A stretch of 64,000 nt of DNA, from the sequence record DRR723986_1321; one strand, written 5' to 3'. Below, piece after piece: positions 12,229 through 23,114 of the stretch. The translations under genes and the position numbers were made by a program. Below the pieces are notes generated by a model. The model ran no database searches. It was not told the origin of the DNA and worked only from the letters and a program-made list of their open reading frames with translations. Position 1 is the first letter of the stretch. Each line of letters begins with the position of its first letter.

Positions 12229-13173
12229 TCAGCGCTTCACCACATCCACGCTGCGTTGCAACAGGGTAACCAGGGCCTGGCCGTCGCCGGCGTAATCCCC
12301 GCTGGCAACCAGGCGATGCCCGGCGACTGCCGGCAGCACGGTCTGGATATCCTCGGGCACAACGTGGCCACGGTTATTCATCACCGCCCAGGTGCGCGCA
12401 CAGTCCAGCAAGGCAATGGCACCGCGCGGCGACAGGCCAACCGCAAACTCCTGCGACTGGCGGGAAAACGCCACCAGGCGTTGCAGGTAATCGAGCAGGC
12501 TGTCGGAGGCCTGAACCTCGTCGACCGCCGCCCGGATGACCATCAGTTGCTCGGCATCGATGCGCTGCTCGAGCGCCGGCGCCGCATCCGCACGCTGGCG
12601 CGCTGGGCCACCCCTGGGCCGCAGCAGCAATTCACGTTCAGCCTGGGGATGCGGGTAGCCAAGCTCCAGCCGCATCAGGAAGCGATCGAGCTGTGACTCG
12701 GGGAGCGGGTAGGTGCCGGACTGATGAATCGGGTTCTGGGTGGCAATGACAAAAAAGGGTTCGGGCAAGCGCCGGGTTTCACCCTCGACCGTGACCTGCC
12801 CTTCCGCCATCGCTTCGAGCAGCGCACTCTGGGTTCGCGGCGTGGTACGGTTGATCTCATCCGCCAGCAAGACCTGGGTAAAGATCGGCCCGGGATGAAA
12901 GGAAAAGCTGGCGTCATCCCGGTTATAGATCGAGACGCCGAGAATATCCGCAGGCAGCAGGTCACTGGTGAACTGAACGCGTTTATAAGACAGCCCCAGC
13001 ACATCCGCCAGGGCATGGGACAGGGTGGTCTTGCCCATACCGGGCAAATCCTCGATCAGCAGGTGCCCGCGGGCAAACAGGCAGCACAGGGCCAGGCGGA
13101 TCTGGGCTTCCTTACCCAGGAGAACCTTACCGACCTCGCGGACTGCATTGTCGATGACTGCCTGTAGCTGCAT
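12229..13173 (-). CDS. moxR: MoxR-family AAA+ ATPase
   Basis: LIEDLPGMGKTT, FTSDLLPAD, LADEINR, ATQNP, QLDRF. Confidence 0.92.
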   Translation of the reverse strand: MQLQAVIDNAVREVGKVLLGKEAQIRLALCCLFARGHLLIEDLPGMGKTTLSHALADVLGLSYKRVQFTSDLLPADILGVSIYNRDDASFSFHPGPIFTQVLLADEINRTTPRTQSALLEAMAEGQVTVEGETRRLPEPFFVIATQNPIHQSGTYPLPESQLDRFLMRLELGYPHPQAERELLLRPRGGPARQRADAAPALEQRIDAEQLMVIRAAVDEVQASDSLLDYLQRLVAFSRQSQEFAVGLSPRGAIALLDCARTWAVMNNRGHVVPEDIQTVLPAVAGHRLVASGDYAGDGQALVTLLQRSVDVVKR

Positions 13174-13203
13174 GATCAGTTCCCCGGGGCAGGCACGGCG
13201 GCG

Positions 13204-14403
13204 TCAGCCGCGCTGGGCCAGCCCGCGGGCGAGGTCCTCCTGCAGGTCATCGACAGCTTCCAGCCCGACCGAGACCCGGATCAGGTTGTCGCCAATACCG
13301 GCCGCCAGGCGCTGTTCGGGGGACAGCCGGCCGTGGGTGGTCGTGGCCGGATGTACGATAGTCGACTTGGCATCGCCAAGGTTGGCCGTGAGCGACATGA
13401 TCCGGGTCCCGTTGATGCAGCGCCAGGCCTCGGCCCGGCCACCGTCGACTTCGAAGGACAGGACGCCGCCGTAGGCTCGCTGCTGACGCTGAGCCAGCGC
13501 ATGCCCGGGATGGTCTTCCAGGCCCGCGTAATACACTCGCTTGACCCCTTCCTGTTGCTGGAGCCACTGGGCCACGGCCAGCGCGGATGCACTGTGCGCC
13601 TCCATCCGCAGGCGCAGGGTTTCCAGCCCCTTGAGAAACACCCAGGCATTGAAGGCGCTCATGGTCGGCCCGCAGGTGCGCAGGAAGGTCAGCACCTCAT
13701 CCATGTGTTCCTGCCGCCCGACCACCGCGCCGCCGACACAGCGACCCTGGCCGTCCAGGTATTTGGTTGCCGAGTGAATGACAATGTCGGCGCCAAACTC
13801 CAGTGGGCGCTGCAGCGCCGGGGTACAAAAGCAGTTATCAACCACCAGGAGGCAGTCATGCTCATGGGCGAGTGTCGCCATCGCCGCAAGGTCGGCGATT
13901 TCACAGAGCGGGTTGGACGGCGTCTCCATGAACAGCATGGCCGTTTCGGGCCGCATGGCCGCGCGCCACTGGTCGATGTCGAGCAGCGGCACGAAGCTCA
14001 CCGTCACACCGAACTTGGCGAGGTATTTGCCAAACAGGTTGGTAGTGGTGCCAAACACGTCGCGGGAACAAATGACGTGGTCGCCGGATTTCAGCAGCGC
14101 CATGCAGGTGCTGAGGATTGCCGCCATGCCGGAGGCGGTGCCAACGCCCTGCTCCGCGCCTTCCAGCGCCGCGATGCGTTCTTCGAAGGTGCGCACCGTG
14201 GGATTGGTGTAACGGGAATAGACATTACCCGCCTGTTCGCCGGCAAAGCGCGCCGCCGCGTCCTCTGCAGTCGCAAAGACGTAGCTGGAGGTGGCAAAGA
14301 TCGCCTCCGAATGCTCGCCTTCGGCAGTACGCGCAATGCCCGCCCGCACGGCCAGCGTATCCAGCTGCGCACCCTCGAGAGCGCTGTCGTTATCACTGCT
14401 CAT
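13204..14403 (-). CDS. metZ: O-succinylhomoserine sulfhydrylase
   Basis: YSRYTNPT, ETPSNP, HSATKYLDGQG, NLGDAKS, HPATTTH. Downstream of purF as in Pseudomonas. Confidence 0.92.
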   Translation of the reverse strand: MSSDNDSALEGAQLDTLAVRAGIARTAEGEHSEAIFATSSYVFATAEDAAARFAGEQAGNVYSRYTNPTVRTFEERIAALEGAEQGVGTASGMAAILSTCMALLKSGDHVICSRDVFGTTTNLFGKYLAKFGVTVSFVPLLDIDQWRAAMRPETAMLFMETPSNPLCEIADLAAMATLAHEHDCLLVVDNCFCTPALQRPLEFGADIVIHSATKYLDGQGRCVGGAVVGRQEHMDEVLTFLRTCGPTMSAFNAWVFLKGLETLRLRMEAHSASALAVAQWLQQQEGVKRVYYAGLEDHPGHALAQRQQRAYGGVLSFEVDGGRAEAWRCINGTRIMSLTANLGDAKSTIVHPATTTHGRLSPEQRLAAGIGDNLIRVSVGLEAVDDLQEDLARGLAQRG

Positions 14404-14436
14404 TGATTCTGATACCGTTGTTTTTACCGGGAAGCG

Positions 14437-15957
14437 TCAGGCGTTGTTATGCAGCCCGACAATCGCACCTTCTTCCTGCAGCTCGGCGCGACGCATCGTC
14501 TGGGCTTCATCATTACGCAGCGATTCCAGCCAATCAAGGTAATTCTGGTCGACATCACCGGTGATGTACTGACCGTCGAATACCGAACAGTCAAAGCCGT
14601 CGACACCCGGATTACCCTCTTTCGAACAGTGAATGAGATCCTCCAGGTCCTGGTAAACCAGCCAGTCGGCGCCTATCAGCTCGCCGATCTCCTCCACCGA
14701 GCGGCCGTGTGCGATCAGCTCGTGCGCGGAGGGCATATCAATGCCGTAGACATTGGGAAACCGCACCGGCGGGGCCGCCGAGGCAAAGTAGACCTTGGCG
14801 GCCCCGGCATCGCGGGCCATTTCGATAATCTGCCGGCAGGTGGTACCGCGTACAATCGAGTCATCCACCAGCATCACGTTCTTGCCTTCGAATTCCAGCG
14901 GCACCGGGTTCAGCTTCTGGCGCACCGACTTCTTACGCTGGCTCTGCCCGGGCATGATAAATGTACGCCCGATATAGCGGTTTTTCATGAAGCCTTCGCG
15001 GAACTTGATACCCAGCTCGGTCGCCATGGCCTGCCCGGCGATGCGGCTGGTATCGGGGATCGGGATAATCACGTCAATATCGTGATCCGGGCGTTCGCGC
15101 AGGATCTTGCGAGCCAGGGTCTCGCCCTGCCGCATACGGGTCTTGTACACCGAGATCCCGTCCATCAGCGAATCCGGCCTGGCGAAATAGACATGCTCGA
15201 AGATACAGGGCCGCAGGCTGGGACGGACAGCACACTGGCGGCGATGCAGGGTTCCGTCGTTGTCGATGAACAGCGCCTCACCGGGAGCCAGGTCGTCGAG
15301 CAGCTTGAAGCCGAGCACATCAAGAGCGACGCTCTCCGAGGCAACCATATGTTCCGTACCGGCGTCGGTTTCCCTCGCCCCGACTACCAGTGGCCGAATA
15401 CCGTGCGGATCGCGGAAGGCAACCACCCCGTGATTGACCAGCATTGCCACCGCCGCGTAACCACCGCGGCAGCGGCGATGAACCGCCTCTACCGCCGCGA
15501 AAACGTCCTCGGCTGACGGACTGAGCTTGCCCAGTGTCTGCAGCTCATGGGCGAAGACATTGAGCAGGACTTCCGAATCGGAGTCCGTATTCAGATGGCG
15601 CAGGTCACTCTGGAACAGGGACCGGGCGAGCTCCTCGGAGTTGGTCAGGTTGCCATTGTGGGCCAGGGCGATGCCGTAAGGTGAATTGACATAGAAAGGC
15701 TGCGCGAGGGCGGTACCGGAGCTGCCCGCCGTGGGATAGCGCACGTGCCCGATTCCTATCGAGCCACTCAGGCGCTGCATGTGGTGCTGGCGGAAGACGT
15801 CCCGCACCAGGCCCTCGCCCTTGCGCTGGCTGAATTTACCGCCACTGCAGGTCATGATCCCCGCAGCATCCTGGCCCCGGTGCTGGAGCACAGTCAGGGC
15901 GTCGTAGATCTCCGGGGCGATGTCGTTATTTCCTACGATGCCTACCAGGCCACACAT
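14437..15957 (-). CDS. purF: Amidophosphoribosyltransferase
   Basis: N-terminal [28 protein letters not shown]. Confidence 0.97.
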   Translation of the reverse strand: MCGLVGIVGNNDIAPEIYDALTVLQHRGQDAAGIMTCSGGKFSQRKGEGLVRDVFRQHHMQRLSGSIGIGHVRYPTAGSSGTALAQPFYVNSPYGIALAHNGNLTNSEELARSLFQSDLRHLNTDSDSEVLLNVFAHELQTLGKLSPSAEDVFAAVEAVHRRCRGGYAAVAMLVNHGVVAFRDPHGIRPLVVGARETDAGTEHMVASESVALDVLGFKLLDDLAPGEALFIDNDGTLHRRQCAVRPSLRPCIFEHVYFARPDSLMDGISVYKTRMRQGETLARKILRERPDHDIDVIIPIPDTSRIAGQAMATELGIKFREGFMKNRYIGRTFIMPGQSQRKKSVRQKLNPVPLEFEGKNVMLVDDSIVRGTTCRQIIEMARDAGAAKVYFASAAPPVRFPNVYGIDMPSAHELIAHGRSVEEIGELIGADWLVYQDLEDLIHCSKEGNPGVDGFDCSVFDGQYITGDVDQNYLDWLESLRNDEAQTMRRAELQEEGAIVGLHNNA

Positions 15958-15995
15958 GATTTTGCCTTCCTCGCTGCGGTTCGCAAACCGACGAT

Positions 15996-16526
15996 CTACA
16001 CGGTAACGGTTGGGAGCGACCCCGACCGCACTTTATCGAACATTTCCTGGGACCAGGTCATGAGCATATCGATATGCGGCATGAGCTGTGACTGGTGCAG
16101 CCACTGCTGGTCCTTCGGCGGCACCAGTTCCCGGATCAGGAAGGCGAGCGCCATGACAATGATCATGCCCCGGGCAAAGCCGAACACCGTGCCCAGGAGC
16201 CGGTCCAGCAAACCCAGCCCGGATGCCTTCATCAGACGGGATATTCCCTTGGCAGCGAAACCCGACAGCACCAGTACCAGCACGAAAATCAGCGACCAGG
16301 CGACGATATAACGGCCGGTGATATTGTCGATGAACGGCGCCAGGTAGGACGAGACCAGGCCGGCGAAAATATTGGCCAGGATAAACGCCAGTACCCAGCC
16401 GGCCAGCGACAAGGCTTCCCGGGAAAAACCGCGCCACAGGCTCACCAGTACCGAGACGGTGACAATCACAATCACGAACCAGTCCCAGCCGTTCAGTGCG
16501 GCCCAGTTCGGCATGGCCGACATCAT
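15996..16526 (-). CDS. cvpA: Colicin V production protein CvpA
   Basis: Four TM helices, [23 protein letters not shown]. Upstream of purF. Exact start uncertain. Confidence 0.9.
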   Translation of the reverse strand: MMSAMPNWAALNGWDWFVIVIVTVSVLVSLWRGFSREALSLAGWVLAFILANIFAGLVSSYLAPFIDNITGRYIVAWSLIFVLVLVLSGFAAKGISRLMKASGLGLLDRLLGTVFGFARGMIIVMALAFLIRELVPPKDQQWLHQSQLMPHIDMLMTWSQEMFDKVRSGSLPTVTV

Positions 16527-16587
16527 CCGCCAGCTGCCCGCAGCGGCCCTGTCACAGGAGCCGTGCCACTACCCCGGCAAACCCCCA

Positions 16588-17253
16588 TCAGGGCACGTAC
16601 CGGGTAATAATCGAATTGACACCATGGGCGCTGTCGATAGCCGGCTGAATCGACTCCAGCCGGGCTTTTTCGAATTTTGGCCCGATATAGACGCGATAGA
16701 GAGTCCGGTCGCCGCGCTTGATCTGCTTGACGAAAGCCTTGTGCTCCTGCGCGATCAGCTTATCGCGCAGGGCGTTCGCCTTGTCGCGACTGCTGACGCT
16801 GGCCACTTGCAGAATCCAGGCGACGGGCACGCCCTGCGCATCGATCTGCGGCTTTTCCGGTGGGGTTGAGCGTTCAGGTTCGGCGCGGGTGACTACCGCC
16901 ACCGGCGCCGCCGGTTCCACATCCCGGATAGTTTCAGCTGCGGCCGGTGCAGCTTCCTCCGGGGCGACATCGGCAGCGTCAGGCGCCGCAGGGGATTCTG
17001 CCGCCAGCGTATCAAGGGCGGCATCTTCCTCCGCTTGCGCAGCGACTTGCACGGGTAATTCGGGTGCCTGGCGCAGACCCGCCTGGTCAGGCGTGGCGAT
17101 GGGAGTCGTATCCACGTGTGGCGGCGCAGGCAGGGGCGCTGAAGCGGCCCCCGGACCTTGCCCGGGTTGCACGAAAATGATTGGCCAAAACACGACCCCA
17201 AGAGCCACGAGGATGAGCGCGCCGATCAGTCGTTGCTTGAGGATAGTATTCAC
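16588..17253 (-). CDS. dedD: SPOR-domain cell division protein (DedD-like)
   Basis: KQRLIGA TM anchor, Pro/Ala linker, SPOR motifs WILQVAS and YRVYIGP. folC-dedD-cvpA synteny. Confidence 0.8.
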   Translation of the reverse strand: MNTILKQRLIGALILVALGVVFWPIIFVQPGQGPGAASAPLPAPPHVDTTPIATPDQAGLRQAPELPVQVAAQAEEDAALDTLAAESPAAPDAADVAPEEAAPAAAETIRDVEPAAPVAVVTRAEPERSTPPEKPQIDAQGVPVAWILQVASVSSRDKANALRDKLIAQEHKAFVKQIKRGDRTLYRVYIGPKFEKARLESIQPAIDSAHGVNSIITRYVP

Positions 17254-18539
17254 GCGCTGCTTGTTTCCGCCTGTTTTTCGCGATCCCTGTCGAGCAGGGG
17301 CATGATACCCGCCACGGTGAAAAACGAGCCGAATACGACCAGTCGATCACCGGGCTGCAGCAAGCTGAACACCCGTCGCCATGCCTGCCGCGGGTTCTTG
17401 CTGACGCTGATCATGCTGCATCCGGATTCGTGAACCCACTGTGCCACGTCCGCCGCCTTCGCCGCCCGGGGCACTGCCGGCAGGTCGGTAAGAAACCAGG
17501 CATCCATGTCCCCTGCGCAGCTGCGGATCATACCACGAATGTCTTTGTCGGCCATGGCGGAAAACAGTGCGATAGTCTTACCTTTACAGGGATTTAAGCC
17601 CAGATACTCATGCAGCTTATCAACAGCCGCCGGGTTGTGAGCGACATCCAGCAGGACCTCGACACCAGCCAACTGCTCACGCTGCAGCCGACCCGGAACC
17701 CGCAGACTCGCCAGAGCCTCGGCGACCTCGGGGCGATCTACCGGGATATCCAGCAGCAGCAAGGCCTGCAAGGCCGCGCCGACATTGGCCGGCAACAGCC
17801 CCACCGGGCCCGACAGATCCAGTTCGACTGCGCCGCCCTCGGGCCGGCACAGGCTCAGCCTGTGACCACCGGCCGACGCCGCCGCCTGCCAGTCATGGCC
17901 GATGCGATACTGCGCCGCCGCGTCAGCCGCCAGCACACTGGCCGGCGGATCCGGATCGCCGATAACGGCCGGCCGGTCACCACGCAGGATGCCCGCCTTC
18001 TCCGCACCGATCAGCTCACGACTGTCACCCAGCCAGGCCTGGTGATCCAGGTCGATGCGCGTTATCACCGCCACCGCTGGATCCACAATGTTAACCGCGT
18101 CGAGGCGCCCGCCGAGTCCCACCTCCAGTACCGCCACGTCGACGGCCTGCTCACGGAACAGCAGCAGTGCCGCCAGGGTGGTGAATTCAAAATAGGTCAG
18201 CGAGATGTCTGCCCGGGCAGCATCGATCCGGGCCAGCGCGTCGACGATATCGGCATCGGGTGCCGGTTGACCACCGATACGGATACGCTCACCGAAGTGC
18301 AGAAAGTGCGGAGACGTATAGGTTCCCACCCGGCGACCCAGCGCCAGCAGGCTGGCTTCGGCCACGGCGGCTACCGAGCCCTTGCCATTGGTACCGGCAA
18401 TGGTGAGACAGGGAAGCGGGAACGGCAGCAATTCCAGACGCTCTGCAACCGCCCTCACCCGCTCCAGGCCAAGCTCGATCTCGGTGGGGTGCAGGGACTC
18501 CAGTCGTTGCAGCCAGGAGGCCAGGTCAGCGCTCGTCAT
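17250..18539 (-). CDS. folC: Dihydrofolate synthase/folylpolyglutamate synthase
   Basis: [37 protein letters not shown]. Confidence 0.95.
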   Translation of the reverse strand: MTSADLASWLQRLESLHPTEIELGLERVRAVAERLELLPFPLPCLTIAGTNGKGSVAAVAEASLLALGRRVGTYTSPHFLHFGERIRIGGQPAPDADIVDALARIDAARADISLTYFEFTTLAALLLFREQAVDVAVLEVGLGGRLDAVNIVDPAVAVITRIDLDHQAWLGDSRELIGAEKAGILRGDRPAVIGDPDPPASVLAADAAAQYRIGHDWQAAASAGGHRLSLCRPEGGAVELDLSGPVGLLPANVGAALQALLLLDIPVDRPEVAEALASLRVPGRLQREQLAGVEVLLDVAHNPAAVDKLHEYLGLNPCKGKTIALFSAMADKDIRGMIRSCAGDMDAWFLTDLPAVPRAAKAADVAQWVHESGCSMISVSKNPRQAWRRVFSLLQPGDRLVVFGSFFTVAGIMPLLDRDREKQAETSSA

Positions 18540-19488
18540 CACCCCTGGGTGCGTCACTTAGATCAAGATCATCGGGAGGTTCGACCAGCGGCGCCTCGGG
18601 TTCGGGGGTATCGGATACCACCTCGGCAAGCAGCGCCTGGTCAGTGAGCTTGGCCAGCAGCCTGGCCAGGGTTTCACGCAGTTCATTGCGGTGCACGATC
18701 ATGTCAATGGCACCGTGCTCCAACAGGAACTCGCTGCGCTGGAAGCCCTTGGGGAGCTTCTGGCGAATGGTTTGCTCAATGATATTGGGGCCGGCGAATC
18801 CGGCCCGTGCGTCGGGTTCAGCCACGTTGACATCACCCAGCAGCGCCAGCGACGCGGACACACCGCCGTAGATGGGATCGGTCATCACCGAGATATAGGG
18901 CACGCTGTGCAGGCGCAAACGTTCAATTACCGCGCTGGTCTTGGCCATCTGCATCAGTGAGATCAGGGCTTCCTGCATGCGGGCACCGCCGGATGCAGAG
19001 AAACACACCAGCGGAATACGCTCCTCCAGGGCAAGCTGGGCAGCGCGGGTAAATTTCTCGCCCACGGCGTAACCCATGGAGCCGCCATGGAAGTCGAACT
19101 CGAAAGCCACCGCAACCATCGGTAAGCCGCGCAGGTTGCCGCGCATAGCGATCAGCGCGTCCTTCTCGCCGGTGGATTTCTGCGCCGCACTGAGACGATC
19201 GCGATAGCGTTTCTTGTCCTTGAACTTGAGTCGGTCGATCGGCTCAACGTCGGCGAATATTTCCTCGCGACCGTCGGGATCGAGGAAACTGTCAAGACGG
19301 CGCCGGGCACCGATGCGCATATGGTGGTCGCACTTCGGGCAGACGTCGTTATTGCGCTCCAGATCCGGCCGGTAGAGCACCGCCTCGCACTTGACGCACT
19401 TCTTCCACAGACCCTCAGGCACGCTGGCGCGACGTTCCCCATCGGCCTTGCGAACCCCGGCGGGCAGAATTTTATCGATCCAGCTCAT
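18526..19488 (-). CDS. accD: Acetyl-CoA carboxylase carboxyltransferase beta subunit
   Basis: Zn finger CVKC...[30 protein letters not shown]. Confidence 0.96.
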   Translation of the reverse strand: MSWIDKILPAGVRKADGERRASVPEGLWKKCVKCEAVLYRPDLERNNDVCPKCDHHMRIGARRRLDSFLDPDGREEIFADVEPIDRLKFKDKKRYRDRLSAAQKSTGEKDALIAMRGNLRGLPMVAVAFEFDFHGGSMGYAVGEKFTRAAQLALEERIPLVCFSASGGARMQEALISLMQMAKTSAVIERLRLHSVPYISVMTDPIYGGVSASLALLGDVNVAEPDARAGFAGPNIIEQTIRQKLPKGFQRSEFLLEHGAIDMIVHRNELRETLARLLAKLTDQALLAEVVSDTPEPEAPLVEPPDDLDLSDAPRGDDER

Positions 19489-19535
19489 TGAACCCCCTGT
19501 TCAGCGAGTTAGAGTATACCTGTGCCCGGTCCTAA

Positions 19536-20357
19536 CTAGGAAGCTGACCCGTCGATACCCGCGCGAATACCTGCCAACAGTTCAGCGGCAGCGGCAATGG
19601 CGGCATCGGGAGAGCCACCGGAGGCAAGGGATTCGGCGACACAGCTGACCAGCGCGCTGCCAACAATGACCCCGTCTGCAACCTGGGCCACAGCGCCGGC
19701 CGTAGCCGCGTCCTTGATCCCGAAGCCCACCGCGATAGGCAATTCGGTATGAGCGCGAATCTGCGCGACGTGATGCGCGACATCCGCAACATCGAGATTG
19801 GCCGCGCCAGTCACGCCCTTAACCGACACATAGTAAACAAAGCCACTGGCCTGACCGGTAATCCTGTCGATACGCGCTTCCGGCGTGGTCGGAGCCACCA
19901 GGAAGATATTGTCCATGCCTACCCGGTGCAGCTCGGCATTGATATTGGCCACTTCCTCCGGCGGAATGTCCACGGTGAGCAGCGCATCGACGCCCGCCTC
20001 ACTGGCGGCATCGGCAAACGCCGCGTAACCCATGTGCTCCACGGGGTTGGCATAGCCCATCAGCAACAGCGGTGTACTGGTGTCGTCAACCCGGAAATCC
20101 CGGACCATCTGCAATACGTGCCGCAGCCGGGTGCCACCCGCCAGGGCGCGTTCATGCCCGAGCTGGATGGTGGGGCCCTCCGACATCGGGTCGGAAAACG
20201 GCACGCCCAGTTCGAGGATGTCGGCACCTGCGGCAACCAGGCTGTGCAACAAGGGCACGGTCAGCTCCGGCGACGGATCTCCGGCAACCACATAGGAAAT
20301 CAACGCCTTTCGGCCCTGGGTCTCCAGCTCCCGGAAACGCGTGGCAATACGACTCAC
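19536..20357 (-). CDS. trpA: Tryptophan synthase alpha chain
   Basis: ELGVPFSDPMSEGPTIQ, YYVSVKGVTG, VGFGI, DGVIVGSA. GTG start at 20357 after GGGAG. Confidence 0.95.
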   Translation of the reverse strand: MSRIATRFRELETQGRKALISYVVAGDPSPELTVPLLHSLVAAGADILELGVPFSDPMSEGPTIQLGHERALAGGTRLRHVLQMVRDFRVDDTSTPLLLMGYANPVEHMGYAAFADAASEAGVDALLTVDIPPEEVANINAELHRVGMDNIFLVAPTTPEARIDRITGQASGFVYYVSVKGVTGAANLDVADVAHHVAQIRAHTELPIAVGFGIKDAATAGAVAQVADGVIVGSALVSCVAESLASGGSPDAAIAAAAELLAGIRAGIDGSAS

Positions 20358-20367
20358 CGATCTCTCC

Positions 20368-21588
20368 CTAGAATTTGATGCCGTCGATCTCGGCGACGGT
20401 AAGTATGTCCTTGTCGCCCCTGCCAGACAGGTTGACGATAATCTGCTGCTCCGGGGACATGCTGGCCGCCAGTTTTTCGGCATAGGCCAGCGCATGCGCC
20501 GTCTCAAGCGCGGGCATGATGCCCTCAGTCCGGGTCAAGGCGTGAAATGCCTTCAGCGCCTCATCATCGTTGGCGACCACGTAATTGACCCGACCGATAT
20601 CTTTCAGCCAGGCGTGCTCCGGCCCGACGCCGGGGTAATCAAGTCCCGCTGATACAGAATGGGTATGGATGATCTGGCCATCCTCGTCCTGCATCAGGTA
20701 GGTGCGGTTACCGTGCAGCACACCTGGGCTGCCGGCGGTCAGCGGTGCGGCATGCTCGCCGCTGTCGATGCCGTGGCCGCCGGCCTCGACCCCGTACATC
20801 GCAACCGAGTCATCCTTGAGAAACGGGTGGAACAGGCCGATGGCATTGGAACCACCGCCCACGCAGGCCACCAGCGCATCGGGCAGGCGGCCCGTCTGCG
20901 CCAGGCTCTGGCTGCGTGCCTCGCGTCCGATCACGCACTGGAAATCGCGCACCAGCATCGGATACGGATGTGGCCCGGCAACCGTACCGATAATGTAGAA
21001 GGTGTTGTCGACGTTGGTGACCCAGTCCCGCATTGCCTCGTTCATCGCGTCTTTGAGCGTCCGCGAACCGGAGGTCACCGGGATAACTTCGGCCCCCAGC
21101 AGCTTCATGCGATAGACATTGAGCGACTGGCGCCGCACGTCCTCTTCACCCATGAACACGTGGCACTCCAGGCCCAGGCGCGCGGCAATCGTTGCGCTGG
21201 CGACACCGTGCTGGCCTGCGCCGGTTTCGGCGATCAGCCGGGTCTTGCCCATGTGCTTGGCCAGCAGGGCCTGGCCCACAGTGTTGTTCACCTTGTGCGC
21301 ACCGGTGTGGTTGAGATCCTCGCGCTTCAGGAAAATCCTTGCGCCACCGACCCGATCGGACCAGCGCCGGGCCTCGTAGAGGGGCGATGGCCGACCAACG
21401 AAGTGCGCCAGGTCATCGTCAAACTCGCGCTGAAACTCAGGATCCTCGGACAGCTGGCGATATACCGCTTCCAGTTCCGCCAGCGCAGCCATCAGGGTTT
21501 CCGACACGAACTTGCCGCCGTACACACCAAACCGCCCGTCCGCGTCCGGTACGCTGGAAAACAGCTCCGGGCTTACATCAGTTGTCAT
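20368..21588 (-). CDS. trpB: Tryptophan synthase beta chain
   Basis: [51 protein letters not shown]. Confidence 0.97.
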   Translation of the reverse strand: MTTDVSPELFSSVPDADGRFGVYGGKFVSETLMAALAELEAVYRQLSEDPEFQREFDDDLAHFVGRPSPLYEARRWSDRVGGARIFLKREDLNHTGAHKVNNTVGQALLAKHMGKTRLIAETGAGQHGVASATIAARLGLECHVFMGEEDVRRQSLNVYRMKLLGAEVIPVTSGSRTLKDAMNEAMRDWVTNVDNTFYIIGTVAGPHPYPMLVRDFQCVIGREARSQSLAQTGRLPDALVACVGGGSNAIGLFHPFLKDDSVAMYGVEAGGHGIDSGEHAAPLTAGSPGVLHGNRTYLMQDEDGQIIHTHSVSAGLDYPGVGPEHAWLKDIGRVNYVVANDDEALKAFHALTRTEGIMPALETAHALAYAEKLAASMSPEQQIIVNLSGRGDKDILTVAEIDGIKF

Positions 21589-21591
21589 CGC

Positions 21592-22230
21592 CTAACCACC
21601 ATTCAGTTGTTGGTCTGTCGCACGCACCGCGGCACAGAATGCCTGCATGCGATTGTGATCCTTGCACCCGGGAGCGCGCTCCACGCCGCCGCTGACGTCG
21701 ACCGCGGCAGGCTGTACCTGGCGCATCGCCGCCGCCACATTGTCTGCCGACAAGCCTCCCGCCAGGATCAGCGGGCGCGGCAGCGCGGGAATCCGCGTCC
21801 AGTCAAAGGTCTCGCCGGTGCCGCCTGCTACGCCGGGGCGGTAGCTGTCCAACAGCAGGCCGCGGGCGCTGCCGTATTCCGCGGCAAGTGCCGCGATATC
21901 CCTGTCCGGCGCCATGCGCAGTGCTTTCAGGTAAGGTCGGTCAAACTGCTCGCAGAATGCCGCACTCTCGGAGCCGTGAAACTGCAGCAGTTCCACGGGC
22001 ACGTCAGCCAGCACCGCCTTGACCTCATCGGCAGTCGCATCCACAAACAGCGCGACCGCACTGACCAGTGGCGGCAAGGCAGCCACGATCGCCACCGCCT
22101 GGGCCGGCGTTACCGCCCTCGGGCTGGCCGGGTAAAACACCAGCCCGATCGCGTCGGCGCCGGCGTCTGCGGCCGCTCGGGCGTCTTCAGCCTGGGTAAT
22201 ACCGCAAATCTTGATACGCGTGGGCGACAC
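21592..22230 (-). CDS. trpF: Phosphoribosylanthranilate isomerase
   Basis: [37 protein letters not shown]. Confidence 0.95.
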   Translation of the reverse strand: MSPTRIKICGITQAEDARAAADAGADAIGLVFYPASPRAVTPAQAVAIVAALPPLVSAVALFVDATADEVKAVLADVPVELLQFHGSESAAFCEQFDRPYLKALRMAPDRDIAALAAEYGSARGLLLDSYRPGVAGGTGETFDWTRIPALPRPLILAGGLSADNVAAAMRQVQPAAVDVSGGVERAPGCKDHNRMQAFCAAVRATDQQLNGG

Positions 22231-22274
22231 GATCGGGGCACGCTCAAAAATAAAGGCGCAATGATAACAGAAGC

Positions 22275-23114
22275 CTAGCCGGGCAACAGCTGCGGTCCGG
22301 GCACGGGTGCAGGCAGGCCGAAGCTGTCCGGATAGCTGACCGCCACCAGGTAGAGGCCGTCGGCCGGCGCCGTGTCTGCTGCTACCGTACGATCTGCTCC
22401 AAGCAAAAGTTCTCCGAGCCAACCGGGCGGCTTACGGCCGCTGCCCACCGCCATCAGTGAGCCGGCAATATTCCGCACCATGTGATGCAAAAACGCATTG
22501 GCAGTGATATCGATACACAGCAGATCAGCGGAGCGCTCGACCGATATCGCGGAAACATTGCGCATTGGCGTGGGGGACTGGCAGCTCGCCGCGCGAAACG
22601 CGCTGAAGTCGCGCTCTCCCAGCAACAGCTGGGCTTCACGGTGCATCACCTCCGCGTCGAGGGGCTGGCGACACCAACTGACCTGCCCCGCCAGGAGCGC
22701 CGGGCGGATCGCGCAATTGGCGATGAGGTAGCGATAGCGACGGGCAGTGGCCGAGAACCTGGCATGAAAATCCACGCTGACCGGCTGCGCCCAGTGCACC
22801 CGCACCGTCGGTGGCAGCGCCGTGTTGGCACCGAGCACCCAGGCCTTGGGACTGCGACCCACCGGGTCATCGAAGTGCACGACCTGGCCGAATCCGTGCA
22901 CCCCCGTGTCCGTACGGCCGGCGCAGTGAACCCTGACTGGCTGGTTCGCGATACCGGACAGTGCCGCTTCCAGGGTTTCCTGCACCGTATCGACGGCAAG
23001 GTGGGTCTGCGCCTGCCAGCCCTTGAAGGGGCGGCCATCGTATTCAATTCGGCAGGCGACCCGGCTGCCGGGCGGCAGCGGGTCGTTCGAAAAACGGGGA
23101 AACGCCTCAGTCAA
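22275..23114 (-). CDS. truA: tRNA pseudouridine(38-40) synthase
   Basis: EYDG...[32 protein letters not shown] start overlapping the fimV end is inferred. Confidence 0.93.
   Translation of the reverse strand: MTEAFPRFSNDPLPPGSRVACRIEYDGRPFKGWQAQTHLAVDTVQETLEAALSGIANQPVRVHCAGRTDTGVHGFGQVVHFDDPVGRSPKAWVLGANTALPPTVRVHWAQPVSVDFHARFSATARRYRYLIANCAIRPALLAGQVSWCRQPLDAEVMHREAQLLLGERDFSAFRAASCQSPTPMRNVSAISVERSADLLCIDITANAFLHHMVRNIAGSLMAVGSGRKPPGWLGELLLGADRTVAADTAPADGLYLVAVSYPDSFGLPAPVPGPQLLPG

Noticed and set aside
20659-22278. 539-aa plus-strand ORF, and similar long ORFs such as 26199-27713, 14449-15516 and 24079-25236
   Set aside because: They are antisense shadows of well-conserved genes (trpB/trpF, leuB/asd, purF, fimV), expected from GC-rich codon bias, and carry no recognisable motifs.
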